Shown here piece after piece: positions 1-10,735 of a stretch of 64,000 bases of DNA; the stretch's first letter is position 1, and each line of letters begins with the position of its first letter. Where the stretch lies: positions 1,792,001 through 1,856,000 of the forward strand of contig CAWIPH010000002.1 of NCBI GenBank assembly GCA_963837955.1. Reading direction: 5' to 3'. The DNA comes from an uncultured Verrucomicrobiae bacterium. GTDB taxonomy: Bacteria > Verrucomicrobiota > Verrucomicrobiia > Chthoniobacterales > JAFAMB01. Under the pieces are notes generated by a model. It searched no databases. It had not been told where the DNA came from and saw nothing but the letters and a program-made list of their open reading frames with translations. Position numbers and translations under genes: made by a program.

Positions 1-784
1 GTTTTTCCAGAAAGCGTCGCACCGGGACTTTGTAGACGAGCAGCGAATCAGGCTGATTGATTGAGAGCCAGGCGTAGAACTCCCCCGCACAGTCTGCATC
101 GGCCGGGATGAACGGTTCGCAACGATCGCGTTTGGGCAATCGCAACTGCCAATCGAGAAAGGCGCCGGACCAGAGATTGTTTGAGATCTGGTTGTTGAGC
201 TCCGGTACGACCAGGCCGGGGCGTCGATAACCTAGCCGCCGCATTTGATCCAGTGCGAGCTGAACGTTGTAGAAACCGTGGAAATTGGCGCGATCGACCG
301 GGCTGGAACGGAAGTAAGCGCTCAGGCCGGCCACGGCGAAACCGTCGGTGTGAAATGGCAGGTGCTCGTTTTCCTCGCGCGAAAATCCCAGCAACACGCC
401 GCGAATCCCGCGCGCGCGAAGCGTTGACGCAAGCCGAGCGGGATCGCTGCGGTACTCGCCAAAGGGAAAAATTTCCACTCGAAACCCCAAAGCTGTGGCC
501 CGCGCGACGATCCCTTCAAACTCCCATCTGCAGACATCTTTCGAGCGCCAGCTCTCACGACCTCCGTAGTTGGTCACCAGTGCGATAACGTCTACCTCGC
601 CGGCGCCCCCTCGACGGCGGCGGTTCGCCATTAATGCGCTGACTAATGGATTTGGTCTGTAGCCTACTTTCTCGGCAATCTCTTCCACCCGCCTCCGGGT
701 CTCGGCTCCAATTCGGGGGTCGCCCCGCAAGGCACGTGAAATAGTTGAGGATGCAACGCCCAGCTGCTGGGCGATTTCCGCCAT
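1..784 (-). CDS. LacI-family transcriptional regulator (3' end runs off the window)
   Basis: Not in the ORF track. Manual translation from ATG 784 (in-frame GTG at 808): MAEIAQQLGVASSTISRALRGDPRIGAETRRRVEEIAEKVGYRPNPLVSALM, a LacI HTH plus hinge. Confidence 0.88.
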   Translation of the reverse strand, partial: MAEIAQQLGVASSTISRALRGDPRIGAETRRRVEEIAEKVGYRPNPLVSALMANRRRRGGAGEVDVIALVTNYGGRESWRSKDVCRWEFEGIVARATALGFRVEIFPFGEYRSDPARLASTLRARGIRGVLLGFSREENEHLPFHTDGFAVAGLSAYFRSSPVDRANFHGFYNVQLALDQMRRLGYRRPGLVVPELNNQISNNLWSGAFLDWQLRLPKRDRCEPFIPADADCAGEFYAWLSINQPDSLLVYKVPVRRFLEK

Positions 785-881
785 CCGGGTTGTCCGAATT
801 TGGTGCACGAGAATGCTTTTGACCAGCGGGCTTGGAACAAACCGCTGCCGGAATGTCCTGTCGTTAGGCCATGCAACAATG

Positions 882-922
882 TGCGCAGAAAGCGTGCCGC
901 AGTTGCGCAACGATATGCGCAA
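882..922. promoter_or_regulatory. Candidate operator between lacI and the nit operon
   Basis: Three TGCGCA hexamers (882, 904, 916). 903-922 TTGCGCAACGATATGCGCAA is a near-palindrome in the divergent intergenic region. Confidence 0.45.
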
Positions 923-1031
923 GAAATCAGGGCCGCGAAGCTGGCAACGGTTCGCCCGATGCTAAGGACAAGCGCTCATAGCCGGAGCCCGGTGCTCCAT
1001 CCAACCCCAAACGCCAAAACCAGAGCAACCT

Positions 1032-1514
1032 ATGCCAACCGTCGAAAGAAAATTGAATCAAAAGGGCGATTTCCTCGTGGATTACGAGGAGAAGGTCTTT
1101 CCTGACATCAAAGCTGATCCGGGCGAAAAAGCGCTCGTTACCTTTCATACCATCGCTTTTGAAGGCTCCATCTCTATTGTTAATACGCTGACTGCCACCC
1201 GGCTGCAGCGAAAGGGATACGAAACATCGATCCTGCTTTATGGGCCTGGCGTTACGATGGGCTTCCAACGCGGCTTTCCGACTCTGGGAGATGAGGCTTT
1301 TCCCGGTCATCTTTTTGTGAATCAGCGCCTGGAGAAATTCATGGAAGAAGGCGGGAAAGTTTACGGGTGCCGATTTTCCACGCAGGCGCTATACGGCCAG
1401 ACCGAGAAAGCCTTTATTCCTGGCATTCGTCCAATCGCTCCAACCGATGTTTTGGACATCATCCTAATGCACAAGAAGGCGGGCGCCGTGATAATCGATT
1501 CCTGGACCGTTTAG
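1032..1514 (+). CDS. nitB: MSMEG_0572/Sll0783-family DsrE-like protein (Nit1C NitB)
   Basis: [28 protein letters not shown] and YGCRFS motifs; first gene before the nitrilase. Confidence 0.9.
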   Translation: MPTVERKLNQKGDFLVDYEEKVFPDIKADPGEKALVTFHTIAFEGSISIVNTLTATRLQRKGYETSILLYGPGVTMGFQRGFPTLGDEAFPGHLFVNQRLEKFMEEGGKVYGCRFSTQALYGQTEKAFIPGIRPIAPTDVLDIILMHKKAGAVIIDSWTV

Positions 1515-1518
1515 ACCT

Positions 1519-2550
1519 ATGAAGCGGATCAAGGCAGCAGCAGTCCAGATTGCTCCTGATCTTTCGAGCGGCGGTGGCACAGTCGATCGCGTGTGCGACG
1601 CGATTCGACGCGCAGCCGCGCAAGGGGTAGAGCTTGCCGTTTTTCCGGAGACGTTCGTTCCTTATTACCCTTATTTTTCGTTTGTCTTGCCGCCGGTTGC
1701 CGCCGGCAAAGAACACCTCCGTCTCTACGAAAACGCGGTCGAAGTGCCCGGTCCAGTCACGCAGCAGTTTGGTGAAATGGCGAAGCAGTTCCAGATGGTG
1801 CTTGTCATCGGCGTGAACGAACGAGATGGCGGCAGCCTTTACAACACCCAACTTGTCTTTGATGCAGATGGCTCGCTCGTTTTGAAGCGCCGCAAGATTA
1901 CACCAAGTTACCATGAACGAATGATCTGGGGTCAGGGCGACGGGAGCGGCTTTCAAACCGTGAAAACCGCTGTCGGACGTTTGGGAGCGCTGGCCTGTTG
2001 GGAGCACTATAATCCACTCGCTCGCTTCGCGCTCATGGAAGGGCGCGAAGAATTGCACTGCGCGCAGTTTCCGGGATCGATGGTCGGTCAGATCTTTGCG
2101 GACCAAATCGAAGTCACGATCCGCCACCACGCTTTAGAGGCTGGCTGTTTCGTTATCAACTCGACTGGCTGGCTCACCGAGGACCAAATCGAATCTATAA
2201 CCCCGGACGCGAAGTTGCAGCGCTCTTTGCGGGGCGGTTGTTACACGGCGATCATTTCACCGGAGGGCGTCCCGCTCTGCGAGCCGATTACGGAAGGCGT
2301 AGGCATGGCCATTGCCGAACTCGATCCTTCTTTGGTTACCAAGCGGAAGCGGATGCTCGATTCTGTCGGTCACTATTCGCGGCCCGACATATTCTCACTG
2401 ATCATCGATCGAGAGGCGCGCGTGCAGGTGCGACCGAAGGGAGGCTCCAGCCCTGAGGAAGAGGCGAATGATAACCCCGAAAAATGCTATGACGACGATG
2501 GTCGATTTCCAAACAGCCCTTCTCACCAAGAAGCAGTTTCTGCTCTCTGA
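1519..2550 (+). CDS. nitC: Nit1C/Nit6803-type nitrilase
   Basis: Catalytic triad contexts FPETF, RRKITP and LACWEH; C-terminal [10 protein letters not shown]. Confidence 0.93.
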   Translation: MKRIKAAAVQIAPDLSSGGGTVDRVCDAIRRAAAQGVELAVFPETFVPYYPYFSFVLPPVAAGKEHLRLYENAVEVPGPVTQQFGEMAKQFQMVLVIGVNERDGGSLYNTQLVFDADGSLVLKRRKITPSYHERMIWGQGDGSGFQTVKTAVGRLGALACWEHYNPLARFALMEGREELHCAQFPGSMVGQIFADQIEVTIRHHALEAGCFVINSTGWLTEDQIESITPDAKLQRSLRGGCYTAIISPEGVPLCEPITEGVGMAIAELDPSLVTKRKRMLDSVGHYSRPDIFSLIIDREARVQVRPKGGSSPEEEANDNPEKCYDDDGRFPNSPSHQEAVSAL

Positions 2551-3616
2551 ACTCCAGACACGCGGACTGCGGTTACTCGATCCAAGAGCCGGCGCTTCCA
2601 GTCGAGTCGGGGGTGCTGGTCCGACCGATCATAAGGCGGTGACCGTACTCGGCACTACGATCATGGTGCCCGTGCATACCCGTGGCGCAACGCGGTCGTC
2701 TTACTTAGCCACGCCACCGGATAGCCGTGGAGTATCGGTCTTGCGCGAGAGCGATCGCGATGTGTGCGAGATATCGTTTCCAGCGCAACCGAAATTTTAC
2801 GCGCTCAGCACAAAAGACGGCATCCCGTACTGGAAAATCGCGCAACTTCATTCGCGCGACACGCTCGCCACAACCGTGCTGCAAACCTGCATTCGCTACG
2901 GAAATAGCGCGACCAAATGCCAGTTCTGCGCTATCGGCGAATCACTCAAAGCCGAACGAACAATTGCAAAAAAGACGCCGGAACAGCTGGCCGAAGTAGC
3001 TCTTGCAGCGCAGCGACTGGACGGGATTCGCAACGTCGTGATGACCACCGGGACGCCACCGAGCGATGATCGGGGCGCACGCGTACTGGCGGAGAGCGCA
3101 TCGGCGATCAAGTCTGCCACCGGCCTGCCGATCCAGGGACAATGCGAACCGCCAGCTGATTTCGTCTGGTTTCATCGCTTGCGGGAAGCCGGCGTCGACT
3201 CGCTGGGTATGCATCTCGAAGCATGGGATGAGCGGGTGCGCCGGCGTATTATGCCTGGCAAGGCCGAAGTCCCAGTCGCGTTTTACCTGCGAGCTTTTGC
3301 TGCCGCCGTAGAGGTTTTCGGACGAGGACAGGTCAGCACCTATCTGCTTGCCGGGCTTGGTGACACCTCGGAGGGTTTACTCGAAGCTTCGCGCCAGCTC
3401 ATTGCCTTGGGCGTTTATCCATTTGTGGTGCCGTTTGTCCCGGTTGGCGGCACACCGCTCGCGGATCAGGATCCGCCATCAGCCGGATTTATGCGCTCAG
3501 TCCTGCAGCCAATTGGCAAGTTGCTTACCGAAGCCGGTATGACTTCGGATATGGCAAAAGCTGGCTGCACGAAATGCGCTGCTTGCTCGACCCTCGCCAG
3601 CTTCGAAAAGTGTTGA
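2468..3616 (+). CDS. nitD: MSMEG_0568-family radical SAM protein
   Basis: GGAGPTDH, C-x9-C-x2-C ([14 protein letters not shown]) and C-terminal [16 protein letters not shown] before ATG 2468; overlaps the nitC tail. Confidence 0.9.
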   Translation: MITPKNAMTTMVDFQTALLTKKQFLLSELQTRGLRLLDPRAGASSRVGGAGPTDHKAVTVLGTTIMVPVHTRGATRSSYLATPPDSRGVSVLRESDRDVCEISFPAQPKFYALSTKDGIPYWKIAQLHSRDTLATTVLQTCIRYGNSATKCQFCAIGESLKAERTIAKKTPEQLAEVALAAQRLDGIRNVVMTTGTPPSDDRGARVLAESASAIKSATGLPIQGQCEPPADFVWFHRLREAGVDSLGMHLEAWDERVRRRIMPGKAEVPVAFYLRAFAAAVEVFGRGQVSTYLLAGLGDTSEGLLEASRQLIALGVYPFVVPFVPVGGTPLADQDPPSAGFMRSVLQPIGKLLTEAGMTSDMAKAGCTKCAACSTLASFEKC

Positions 3617-3645
3617 CCACGTGACGCTAAACTAGCGCGACAGCC

Positions 3646-3921
3646 ATGCCCGCGATCCTCTTCACCATTCAGCTTCCGGACGGCGCGATTAAAGAGTGCT
3701 ACTCGCCCTCCACTGTCGTGCGTCGCTATTTTGTGGAGGGCGAAGAAATGTCGGTCAGTGAGTTTCTCATTCGCAGCCGCCAAGCCCTGGCCGAAGCGTC
3801 GGAGCGGGTGCGCGCCAAGTTCGGCTTCTCCTGCAGCTCGGCGTCTGAACAGCTCGCTGAGATCGAGCAATGGACCAATTCGCAACCCGAGGACTCGATC
3901 GTACGGATTGTCACCATTTGA
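3646..3921 (+). CDS. nitG: MSMEG_0570-family small protein
   Basis: CYSPSTVV and ASERVRAKFGFSCS motifs; position in the cluster. Confidence 0.88.
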   Translation: MPAILFTIQLPDGAIKECYSPSTVVRRYFVEGEEMSVSEFLIRSRQALAEASERVRAKFGFSCSSASEQLAEIEQWTNSQPEDSIVRIVTI

Positions 3922-3924
3922 CCG

Positions 3925-5298
3925 GTGAGCGCCCAGACGCTGCCAACTTCAAACGACTCGAAGACCAGCAACAATATGCATGATCAATCAGTCACGAACG
4001 GGACGCACAACCAGCAAACCAGGATGCATTACCCCGTCATAATCGTTGGCGGCGGGCAGGCTGGCCTCTCGATCAGCTACTGCCTGAAAGAACGGGGCAT
4101 CGACCACGCCATCTTTGAAAAACACCGTCTCGGGGAATCCTGGCGTTCGCAGCGTTGGGATTCGTTTTGCTTAGTGACGCCCAATTGGCAGTGCAAACTC
4201 CCGGGCTTCGATTATCTGGGGAAAGATCCCCACGGTTTCATGAGCCGGGAGCAAATCGTGCAATACCTGGAAGCGTACGCACGTTCATTTGATCCGCCCT
4301 TGAAAGAAGGTGTGACCGTGTCACGCCTGCGCAAGCACGAATCTGGCGTTTTCGAATTAAGCACGAACATCGGGGATTACCTCGCCGATCAGGTGGTTAT
4401 TGCCACCGGTGGATACCACATCGCCACCGTCCCCCGGCTGGCGGAACGTTTTCCGGCGGGCATGGAGCAATTACATTCCTCGAGCTACAAGAACCCCGAC
4501 TCGCTGCCTTCCGGAGATGTGCTCGTCGTTGGGTCCGGACAATCCGGATGTCAGATCGCAGAGGACCTCCATCTCGCTGGCCGTAGGGTGCATTTATGCG
4601 TGGGAGGTGCACCCCGGACAGCGCGGCGCTACCGCGGCAAGGACGTTGTCGATTGGCTGCATGAAATGGGCTACTACAACATGCCTGTTCACGAGCATCC
4701 GTTGAAGGAGCGCGTCCGGGCAAAGGCGAACCACTATGTAACGGGACGCGACGGCGGACGCGACATCGACCTGCGAAAATTTGCTCTGGAGGGTATGCGA
4801 CTCTACGGGCGTTTAAAAGCTGTGAACGATCGCTTCTTAAGGTTCGCTGATGATCTGAAGCAGAATCTTGATCAAGCGGATGCCGTTGCCGAAAGCATCA
4901 AGACGACGATCGACAAGTACATCGAAGCGAATCAGATCAATGCGCCGACCGAGAAGCGCTACCAGCCGGTCTGGGAACCGGATAACCGATGTCTTGAACT
5001 GGATTACATCGAGGCGAACATCAGAGCGATCATCTGGTGTATGGGCTTCCGGACAGACTACAACTGGATTGAAATACCGATCTTCGACGGAAAGGGATAT
5101 CCCAGCCACCAGCGTGGCGTTACTACGGTTGCGGGCATTTATTTTGTTGGACTGCCATGGCAGTACACTTGGGGTTCCGGTCGTTTTTCTGGAGTGGCTC
5201 AGGATGCCAGATTCTTGGCGGACTGTCTTGAGGCGCGGCACGGTGCGTCACAGAAGGATGTCGCACCCGTACTCAACGAGCTTGCTCTTGGCTCCTAG
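3925..5298 (+). CDS. nitH: MSMEG_0569-family flavin-dependent oxidoreductase (start uncertain, 3925-4023)
   Basis: GGGQAG FAD motif, RWDSFCLVTPNW, GSGQSG and WGSGRFSGV. Confidence 0.9.
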   Translation: MSAQTLPTSNDSKTSNNMHDQSVTNGTHNQQTRMHYPVIIVGGGQAGLSISYCLKERGIDHAIFEKHRLGESWRSQRWDSFCLVTPNWQCKLPGFDYLGKDPHGFMSREQIVQYLEAYARSFDPPLKEGVTVSRLRKHESGVFELSTNIGDYLADQVVIATGGYHIATVPRLAERFPAGMEQLHSSSYKNPDSLPSGDVLVVGSGQSGCQIAEDLHLAGRRVHLCVGGAPRTARRYRGKDVVDWLHEMGYYNMPVHEHPLKERVRAKANHYVTGRDGGRDIDLRKFALEGMRLYGRLKAVNDRFLRFADDLKQNLDQADAVAESIKTTIDKYIEANQINAPTEKRYQPVWEPDNRCLELDYIEANIRAIIWCMGFRTDYNWIEIPIFDGKGYPSHQRGVTTVAGIYFVGLPWQYTWGSGRFSGVAQDARFLADCLEARHGASQKDVAPVLNELALGS

Positions 5299-5365
5299 CC
5301 TCGCCTTCTGAGTTACGACTCCTAGATTTTGGCATAATCCCGGGGTTGAAACCGGGTTGAAACCC

Positions 5366-5551
5366 CCGGGTGGGGAGGGATCGCAGCCTGTCCGACATAG
5401 CTTTTGATGCATCGCGCTTAACGACCGCGCGCTTCTGCGACGTCGGATCCTCGCGATCCACGGCATACGAGGATCCGACGTCGCGCTCAAACATTCTGCA
5501 TCAGGCATCCAAAAGGCTATGTCGGACAGGCTGTGCGCCATCCCCGCCCGG
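5366..5551. repeat. ~185-bp nested palindromic REP/MITE-like element (family A, full form)
   Basis: Arms CAGCCTGTCCGACATAGC/GCTATGTCGGACAGGCTG and GCGACGTCGGATCCTCG/CGAGGATCCGACGTCGC; related copies at 29077 and 62201. Confidence 0.85.
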
Positions 5552-5608
5552 CCTTTCCATAACTTGGACAGCGCTCGATGAGGAGTTAGAAGCGTTGTTT
5601 ATCCACAC

Positions 5609-5647
5609 CTATAAGGTTCTAAGCAATGGGTGCCTAGAACCTTATAG
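5609..5647. promoter_or_regulatory. Perfect 13-bp inverted repeat; probable paired LacI-type operators
   Basis: CTATAAGGTTCTA-N13-TAGAACCTTATAG about 105 bp upstream of the lacI gene; each arm is itself pseudo-palindromic. Confidence 0.55.
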
Positions 5648-5752
5648 ATTTAGACCGATTTCGTTTTTTAGACTGGCACTTTCTCTCCCAGTGCACTAAT
5701 CCGGATTCTCTTATTACTGGTTATCGCTCCGGACCATAAGTACTCTTTCCGT

Positions 5753-6832
5753 ATGGCTATCCGTCTAAAGGATGTAGCGCAGCATCTTCGCCTATCGGTT
5801 TCGACGGTTAGCGCCGCACTGCAACACCGAGAGGATATTAGCGAGGCTATCCGCCTTCGCGTGATCGAAGCGGTAGAGCAACTGGGATATCATCCCAACT
5901 CGCTCGCTCGCGGTTTGATCACCCGAAAGACCTATGTTCTCGGTGTTATAGTCCCGGATCTATCGCGCTCTTTTTTTGCAGAAGTCCTCAAGGGTATCGA
6001 CTCAATCACCAGCCCCGCGGGTTATAATTTGTTGGTGTGTAACACCGAAGAAAATGCGAAGCGCGAGGAAGATATGTTGAAGATGCTACTATCAAACCAG
6101 GTGGATGGCGTCCTGATGGCTTCAGCTCATCCTCCCAATGATTCCGTCTGGCAATCGCGACTTGCCCAGCTAACTATACCATTGGTGTTAATCGACCGCC
6201 GGCTGCCGTCGATGACTTTCGTAGGTGTTGACGATGAGGCTATCGGTTTCGAAGCGACCCAGCACCTGTTCGGGCAAGGCTATCGTCGGATCGCTCATAT
6301 CGCCGGCCCCAAAACTATCAGTACCGCGGTCGGCCGACTAAAAGGATATCTCAGAGCATTAAAATCGGCCGGATTGAAAGTTAAGGAAGACTTCGTAATT
6401 GAATCAAACTACCACGAGGAATCGGGCGGATACAACGCGATGCATCAACTTCTGCGGCTTGTGCCTCGACCTGATGCCGTGTTTGCGGCCAGCGATCCAA
6501 TCGCTATTGGTGCTCTCCAGGCTGCTCTTGAAGCTGGCTTGCGGCTTCCCCGAGACATCGGACTGATCGGTGTGGGGAATCATCGCTATGGACCTTATTT
6601 GAGAGTTCCGCTGAGCACGGTCGATCAGCAACGAACCAAAATCGGTCATTCTGCGGCAAATCTGATTCTCGAACTCATGGACGAAGAGCGCTTCCGAGCA
6701 AGATCGATACTCGTGGAACCAAAACTTGTCATCCGGGATTCCTCAAGTCGCGGCGGGCGCTCCCGTGCTGGTATGGCAGCTCGCTCCGCCAGAGCGGCCT
6801 CGAGAGAAATTCACGCAGTCCGAAAGGCGTGA
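5753..6832 (+). CDS. LacI-family transcriptional regulator
   Basis: IRLKDVAQHLRLSVSTVSAAL HTH, YHPNSLARGL hinge and a sugar-binding-type C-domain. Confidence 0.95.
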   Translation: MAIRLKDVAQHLRLSVSTVSAALQHREDISEAIRLRVIEAVEQLGYHPNSLARGLITRKTYVLGVIVPDLSRSFFAEVLKGIDSITSPAGYNLLVCNTEENAKREEDMLKMLLSNQVDGVLMASAHPPNDSVWQSRLAQLTIPLVLIDRRLPSMTFVGVDDEAIGFEATQHLFGQGYRRIAHIAGPKTISTAVGRLKGYLRALKSAGLKVKEDFVIESNYHEESGGYNAMHQLLRLVPRPDAVFAASDPIAIGALQAALEAGLRLPRDIGLIGVGNHRYGPYLRVPLSTVDQQRTKIGHSAANLILELMDEERFRARSILVEPKLVIRDSSSRGGRSRAGMAARSARAASREIHAVRKA

Positions 6833-6989
6833 ATTTGGAATCTGCAAAGCTTCGACGTCACCGTTTGTCGGCGTAAATATAATCCGGTCAGGATCCCCGG
6901 CTCGGCGCTCGCTGCGTTCGCAAGCTGTGGGTTCATCTCCCGGCCGCTACATCATTGTACTTCCGGCGCCTTTCTCCAATACTGTCAGG

Positions 6990-7700
6990 ATGATCCTTCC
7001 AGAAAATTCCCGTCGTCAATTCTTTCGCAAAGGACTCGCCTGGGCCGGAGCGAGCATCGCTGGTGGTGGGTTCGTGTCGAACATCTGGGCTCATGGACCA
7101 GCTCCGACTGACCCGAAAAGCCCGGATGAAGCCCTCGCCGAGCTCGTGGCCGGCAATCAACGATATGTGAGTGGTCGGAATCTCCATCACGACTACGGTC
7201 CGGAAAGAGCTGCCCTTGTGTTAAGTCAGCATCCTTTTGCGATCATTCTCGGATGCGCAGACTCGAGGGTTTCACCGGAACTCGCTTTCGATCAAAGCCG
7301 CGGGCGGCTCTTCGTGGTGCGACTCGCCGGTAATTTTGTCGATGAGAATGGACTCGCAAGCATTGAATACGGGGCCAGCGTGTTGGGTGCGTCGCTTCTG
7401 TTGGTGCTTGGTCATACGGAGTGCGGTGCACTAAAGGCTGCTGTTGATGTTGTTACCAAAGGAACTCGCTTGCCAGGCCATTTACCCAAGCTGATCGGGC
7501 ATCTGACTCCATCCGTGGAGAAGGTGAAGAATAATGGGGGATCACTAGTGAATAACGCGATTCGCGAGAACGTGGCGCTAAACGTCGATGCCTTACGGAA
7601 TTCGAAACCGATCCTCGCCGATCTCGCGCAGCAGAGGAAGTTGAAGGTGGTCGGAGGGTTGTACGACCTAGCCAGTGGGAAGGTAGAGATGCTTGGGTGA
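6990..7700 (+). CDS. Beta-class carbonic anhydrase with Tat signal
   Basis: CADSR and GHTECGA zinc ligands; SRRQFFRK twin-arginine motif after ATG 6990. Confidence 0.92.
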   Translation: MILPENSRRQFFRKGLAWAGASIAGGGFVSNIWAHGPAPTDPKSPDEALAELVAGNQRYVSGRNLHHDYGPERAALVLSQHPFAIILGCADSRVSPELAFDQSRGRLFVVRLAGNFVDENGLASIEYGASVLGASLLLVLGHTECGALKAAVDVVTKGTRLPGHLPKLIGHLTPSVEKVKNNGGSLVNNAIRENVALNVDALRNSKPILADLAQQRKLKVVGGLYDLASGKVEMLG

Positions 7701-8266
7701 AGGATTCAGGAGAAAGGAAAGCGCGGATCGTCCCAACCGTACCACCAACTGGTAACCGCTAACCGCCAACACTCATCCCGTCGGGCAGATAAGGGAGAGT
7801 TTGCGGGTAGCCGAGTCTATCGGTTGTGGGGGGATTGGCTCTGAGCCTTGAAGGTTTCAGTATCCGGAACGCAGCATTACTTCTGCGCTGCACCGTGTGC
7901 GCGGCGGCGAACACCGTCGCCGCGCGGGACCGGTGCGTTGATCACATCACCTGGCCCGATTAACTGCGGGCTCTCATCAAAGCCGAGACTTTTTATGCTC
8001 GTTTATTCCATCGCGTGAATGCGCTGGCGATCGCATCTGTCCATGGTTGGTTCCAATGCGGATCGTTTTCGGCGTGACCGACTCCATGTACACAAAGGAC
8101 TTTTGTCATGTGTTGATTCAGGATCGTGGTCGCAAACCCAGTCTATCTATGCGGCCCCAGGGGTTATTATATTTACGGCGATTTCCACTCCCGTAAATAC
8201 GTACAAATACGTAGGGCTTTTCACCGGGGGAAAGCGGCTCTATTCGTTCGATACTGGTCAGCCAAT

Positions 8267-8836
8267 ATGACGCTCGTCCACGAGCGCATGGGTAATTGGC
8301 CGGGCTTTGGTTACACCGATGCGGAGAAGGAAGAGATGAAGGCCCTGGATAAAACTGTGCCGAGCCTTGAGTTTTATACTTGGGTAACTTTGGTTGTGGT
8401 GCTCAGTATCACAATCTTCGGCATCATTGTTTATCTCGGTACCGTCGCCCTGATGGCAGTGATCGGTGGTGAAGAGCATATGAAGGATACGCCCGCGACG
8501 TTATTCTTTTTTGTCCTGTATTTCGAAGTCGTCGTCTGTCTTTGCTGCGTACTTCCCATCGTCATGGTGCTGTCGTCGGGGATCGTCGGTCGGCTGCGTG
8601 GAGTGCCGTTGAACCTACTGCCCGACCGGGCAACCACTGCTCGTCTATTCCGCAAGGTCTGGTTTCAGATCATACGCATGACGCTGGTTCTTGGAACAAT
8701 CGCGCTTCTCTACTGGCTATTCGTGCCGACCGGATCGAAGCTCGATTTGTTGGTTCGCTTCATTGCACCGATGCTCGCCCCGCTCGTCGCGATCTTGAGC
8801 TCGGGCTGGTTTCTGGCTGGCCGGCTTGGGCGCTAA
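8267..8836 (+). CDS. Hypothetical membrane protein (~4 TM)
   Basis: Hydrophobic segments; ATG 8267 overlaps the stop of ORF 8019-8270 (ATGA). Start uncertain. Confidence 0.6.
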   Translation: MTLVHERMGNWPGFGYTDAEKEEMKALDKTVPSLEFYTWVTLVVVLSITIFGIIVYLGTVALMAVIGGEEHMKDTPATLFFFVLYFEVVVCLCCVLPIVMVLSSGIVGRLRGVPLNLLPDRATTARLFRKVWFQIIRMTLVLGTIALLYWLFVPTGSKLDLLVRFIAPMLAPLVAILSSGWFLAGRLGR

Positions 8837-8850
8837 ACGGACCCTTTTTG

Positions 8851-9338
8851 ATGCCCAAATTTTGTAGGTTTTTTGCGCGAGCTATCGTTGGTTCGGTCCT
8901 GCTGGCAGCGATTTCAGCCTGCTGGCGCAACTAGAAGCTTCCGACGAGCCGAACGTACGGTACGTATATATCGTCGCAATTGATCCAACGACGGGACGCG
9001 AAATTTGGCGCGAACGCCCGTTCGACGATTCCGAGTTCCGCTGGGCGGAAATTGTGTCTGCCAAGGGATTGTTCTGGGCAACCCGTGCCGCGCTCAAACC
9101 TGACTTTCGCCAGAGTTACGATGGTGACCGCATCGGTAGGAAAGACTGGACCGATTCAGTTCCCACCAGCTGTGTATGCGGAATGGATGCTCGGGGAAAG
9201 GCCGAGCGATTCCGCTCTGTACCCCAAGTCGCAACCGCCCTTTCGCGCGCCGTCGTGGTGGACGGCGTGCTCTATGTAAGCGCGCGCGCCGAAATGAAAG
9301 AGGGCACCTCTTCCGTCCGCGCTTTCCAGCTCCCTTGA
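8851..9338 (+). pseudogene. Probable frameshifted remnant of a secreted PQQ-like beta-propeller protein
   Basis: Signal-like MPKFCRFFARAIVGSVLLAAISAC stops at 8934. The adjacent frame continues with VAIDPTTGREIWRE and VVVDGVLYV propeller-blade motifs. Confidence 0.4.
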
Positions 9339-9546
9339 TTGGTAGCCGCGACGGTTCAGTTGCATTCAGTGTTCGAAAATTCAGGACGGCAGGCGCAACG
9401 AATTGCACAAAATGACCAAACGCAGTCACCACTATCGTTCCTTGGATCCCTGCGTTTTGAATTGCTTTGCCGGAAGAACTTTGGCAGAAGGCTTGGATCC
9501 AGAATTTGGGCGTTGCTTACGCCCCATCGTTGAAAACGGCAAATCT

Positions 9547-10026
9547 ATGAGTTCACTAAAAAAATGCGTTCCGGTCTGGTTTGTTCTGCCGGTTCTCCTG
9601 GTATTCGGTGCGGTTCGTCCCGGCGTCTGCGCTGCAGCCGACACGCAGCAAATAATGCTGCAAACTACGGGCGCATTGTGTGCGCAGGGATTATATCTTA
9701 CCTACACGTCGGTCGGTACTTTGGCAGACGGTTATGTCAAAAAGGTCTACAACAAGGACGAGGCGACCCAGTACCTAGGCGCATACGTAGAGATTATTAA
9801 GCGGATCAAGGAGCAGCTCAATAAGCTGCAGCAGTCTGGAGCGATCCAGGGAGAAGACGTGGCGTTTATGGCAAAAATCGTCGACACCTACGATCTTCTT
9901 GGTGCGGAAGCTAATGCGTTTCAGAGCTATCTTTCAAGTGGGGGACAAGCCAACATTGATGTCTATGACACCAAGCGGAAGGCGGCCTGGAAGAACATCC
10001 AGGAAATTCTTGGCATAAACGATTAA
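9547..10026 (+). CDS. Hypothetical secreted helical protein
   Basis: Signal-peptide-like N-terminus from ATG 9547, followed by amphipathic helices. Confidence 0.7.
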   Translation: MSSLKKCVPVWFVLPVLLVFGAVRPGVCAAADTQQIMLQTTGALCAQGLYLTYTSVGTLADGYVKKVYNKDEATQYLGAYVEIIKRIKEQLNKLQQSGAIQGEDVAFMAKIVDTYDLLGAEANAFQSYLSSGGQANIDVYDTKRKAAWKNIQEILGIND

Positions 10027-10175
10027 CCCTTATTCTTCGGCCAACCGTTCTCTTTTTAAGAGAGTTCCAGGTGGGTGCGCTGTATCGCGTGAGCCTCAGA
10101 TGTGCTCCGATTCAGTTTTCACCTGATGGTCGCTTGGCACGGGAAGCTGCCGGCGCAGTCTTGTTTGGACTCGGA

Positions 10176-10688
10176 CTATCGGGAAACGAAAACAGATGAG
10201 GCGAAGACGGCTATTGCGCCGAGTTGGGCTTCGGTCTCCATGGGCATCGCAGCGTAGCCAAATCTGGCAAGTTCGTTCATATACCTGATTAAGAAAGCCG
10301 CGATACCCCCGGCTTGTTCGTATTGACGCGCATGGACGAGCTCATGGGCCATGACAGAGCCATCGTGGACGTTGGTTTCGCGGACCAAGATGCCGCGACC
10401 CATACTGATCCCGGCCGATTTTTTTATCGAAAGCCCGAATCGCTCGGCCAACTCGGCTATTCTATGGTCCTGAGGATTTGGCATCTCCTCAATTCGCCAG
10501 ACTCGAATTGCGTTGATGTCTCGGATGTCGAGGATTTCTGCCGCCCGCCTAAACTCCGGACAGAGTGGTTCGCCGTGTTGAAGCGCTTGCTTCTCTAATT
10601 CTGTGGCCCAGGCGACAATGAGCGGGAAAAACTTCTGCATCTCCCGTTGGAGCTCACGGCTAACTGGCTTCATGAGGGTGGGGGGCAT
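10176..10688 (-). CDS. HExxH metallopeptidase-like protein (DUF4157-like)
   Basis: AGISMGRGI...AHELVHARQYE...PMETEA. Confidence 0.7.
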   Translation of the reverse strand: MPPTLMKPVSRELQREMQKFFPLIVAWATELEKQALQHGEPLCPEFRRAAEILDIRDINAIRVWRIEEMPNPQDHRIAELAERFGLSIKKSAGISMGRGILVRETNVHDGSVMAHELVHARQYEQAGGIAAFLIRYMNELARFGYAAMPMETEAQLGAIAVFASSVFVSR

Positions 10689-10735
10689 CGTTCCACCTCA
10701 GAGCTCTTAAGGATTCGTCCGAGACACATCACCGT

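Noticed and set aside
941..964. Sigma54 promoter upstream of nitB (TGGCAAC...GC)
   Set aside because: GG-to-GC spacing is 9 nt rather than the required 10.
5599..5607. Replication origin
   Set aside because: Only one DnaA box was seen, with no box cluster or dnaA context.
7700..8000. Structured intergenic region as a riboswitch or ncRNA
   Set aside because: Only a GC hairpin near 7900-7926 is evident, with no family consensus recognised.
10176..10688. Contractile injection system locus suggested by the DUF4157-like gene
   Set aside because: No sheath, tube, baseplate or spike genes are recognisable nearby.
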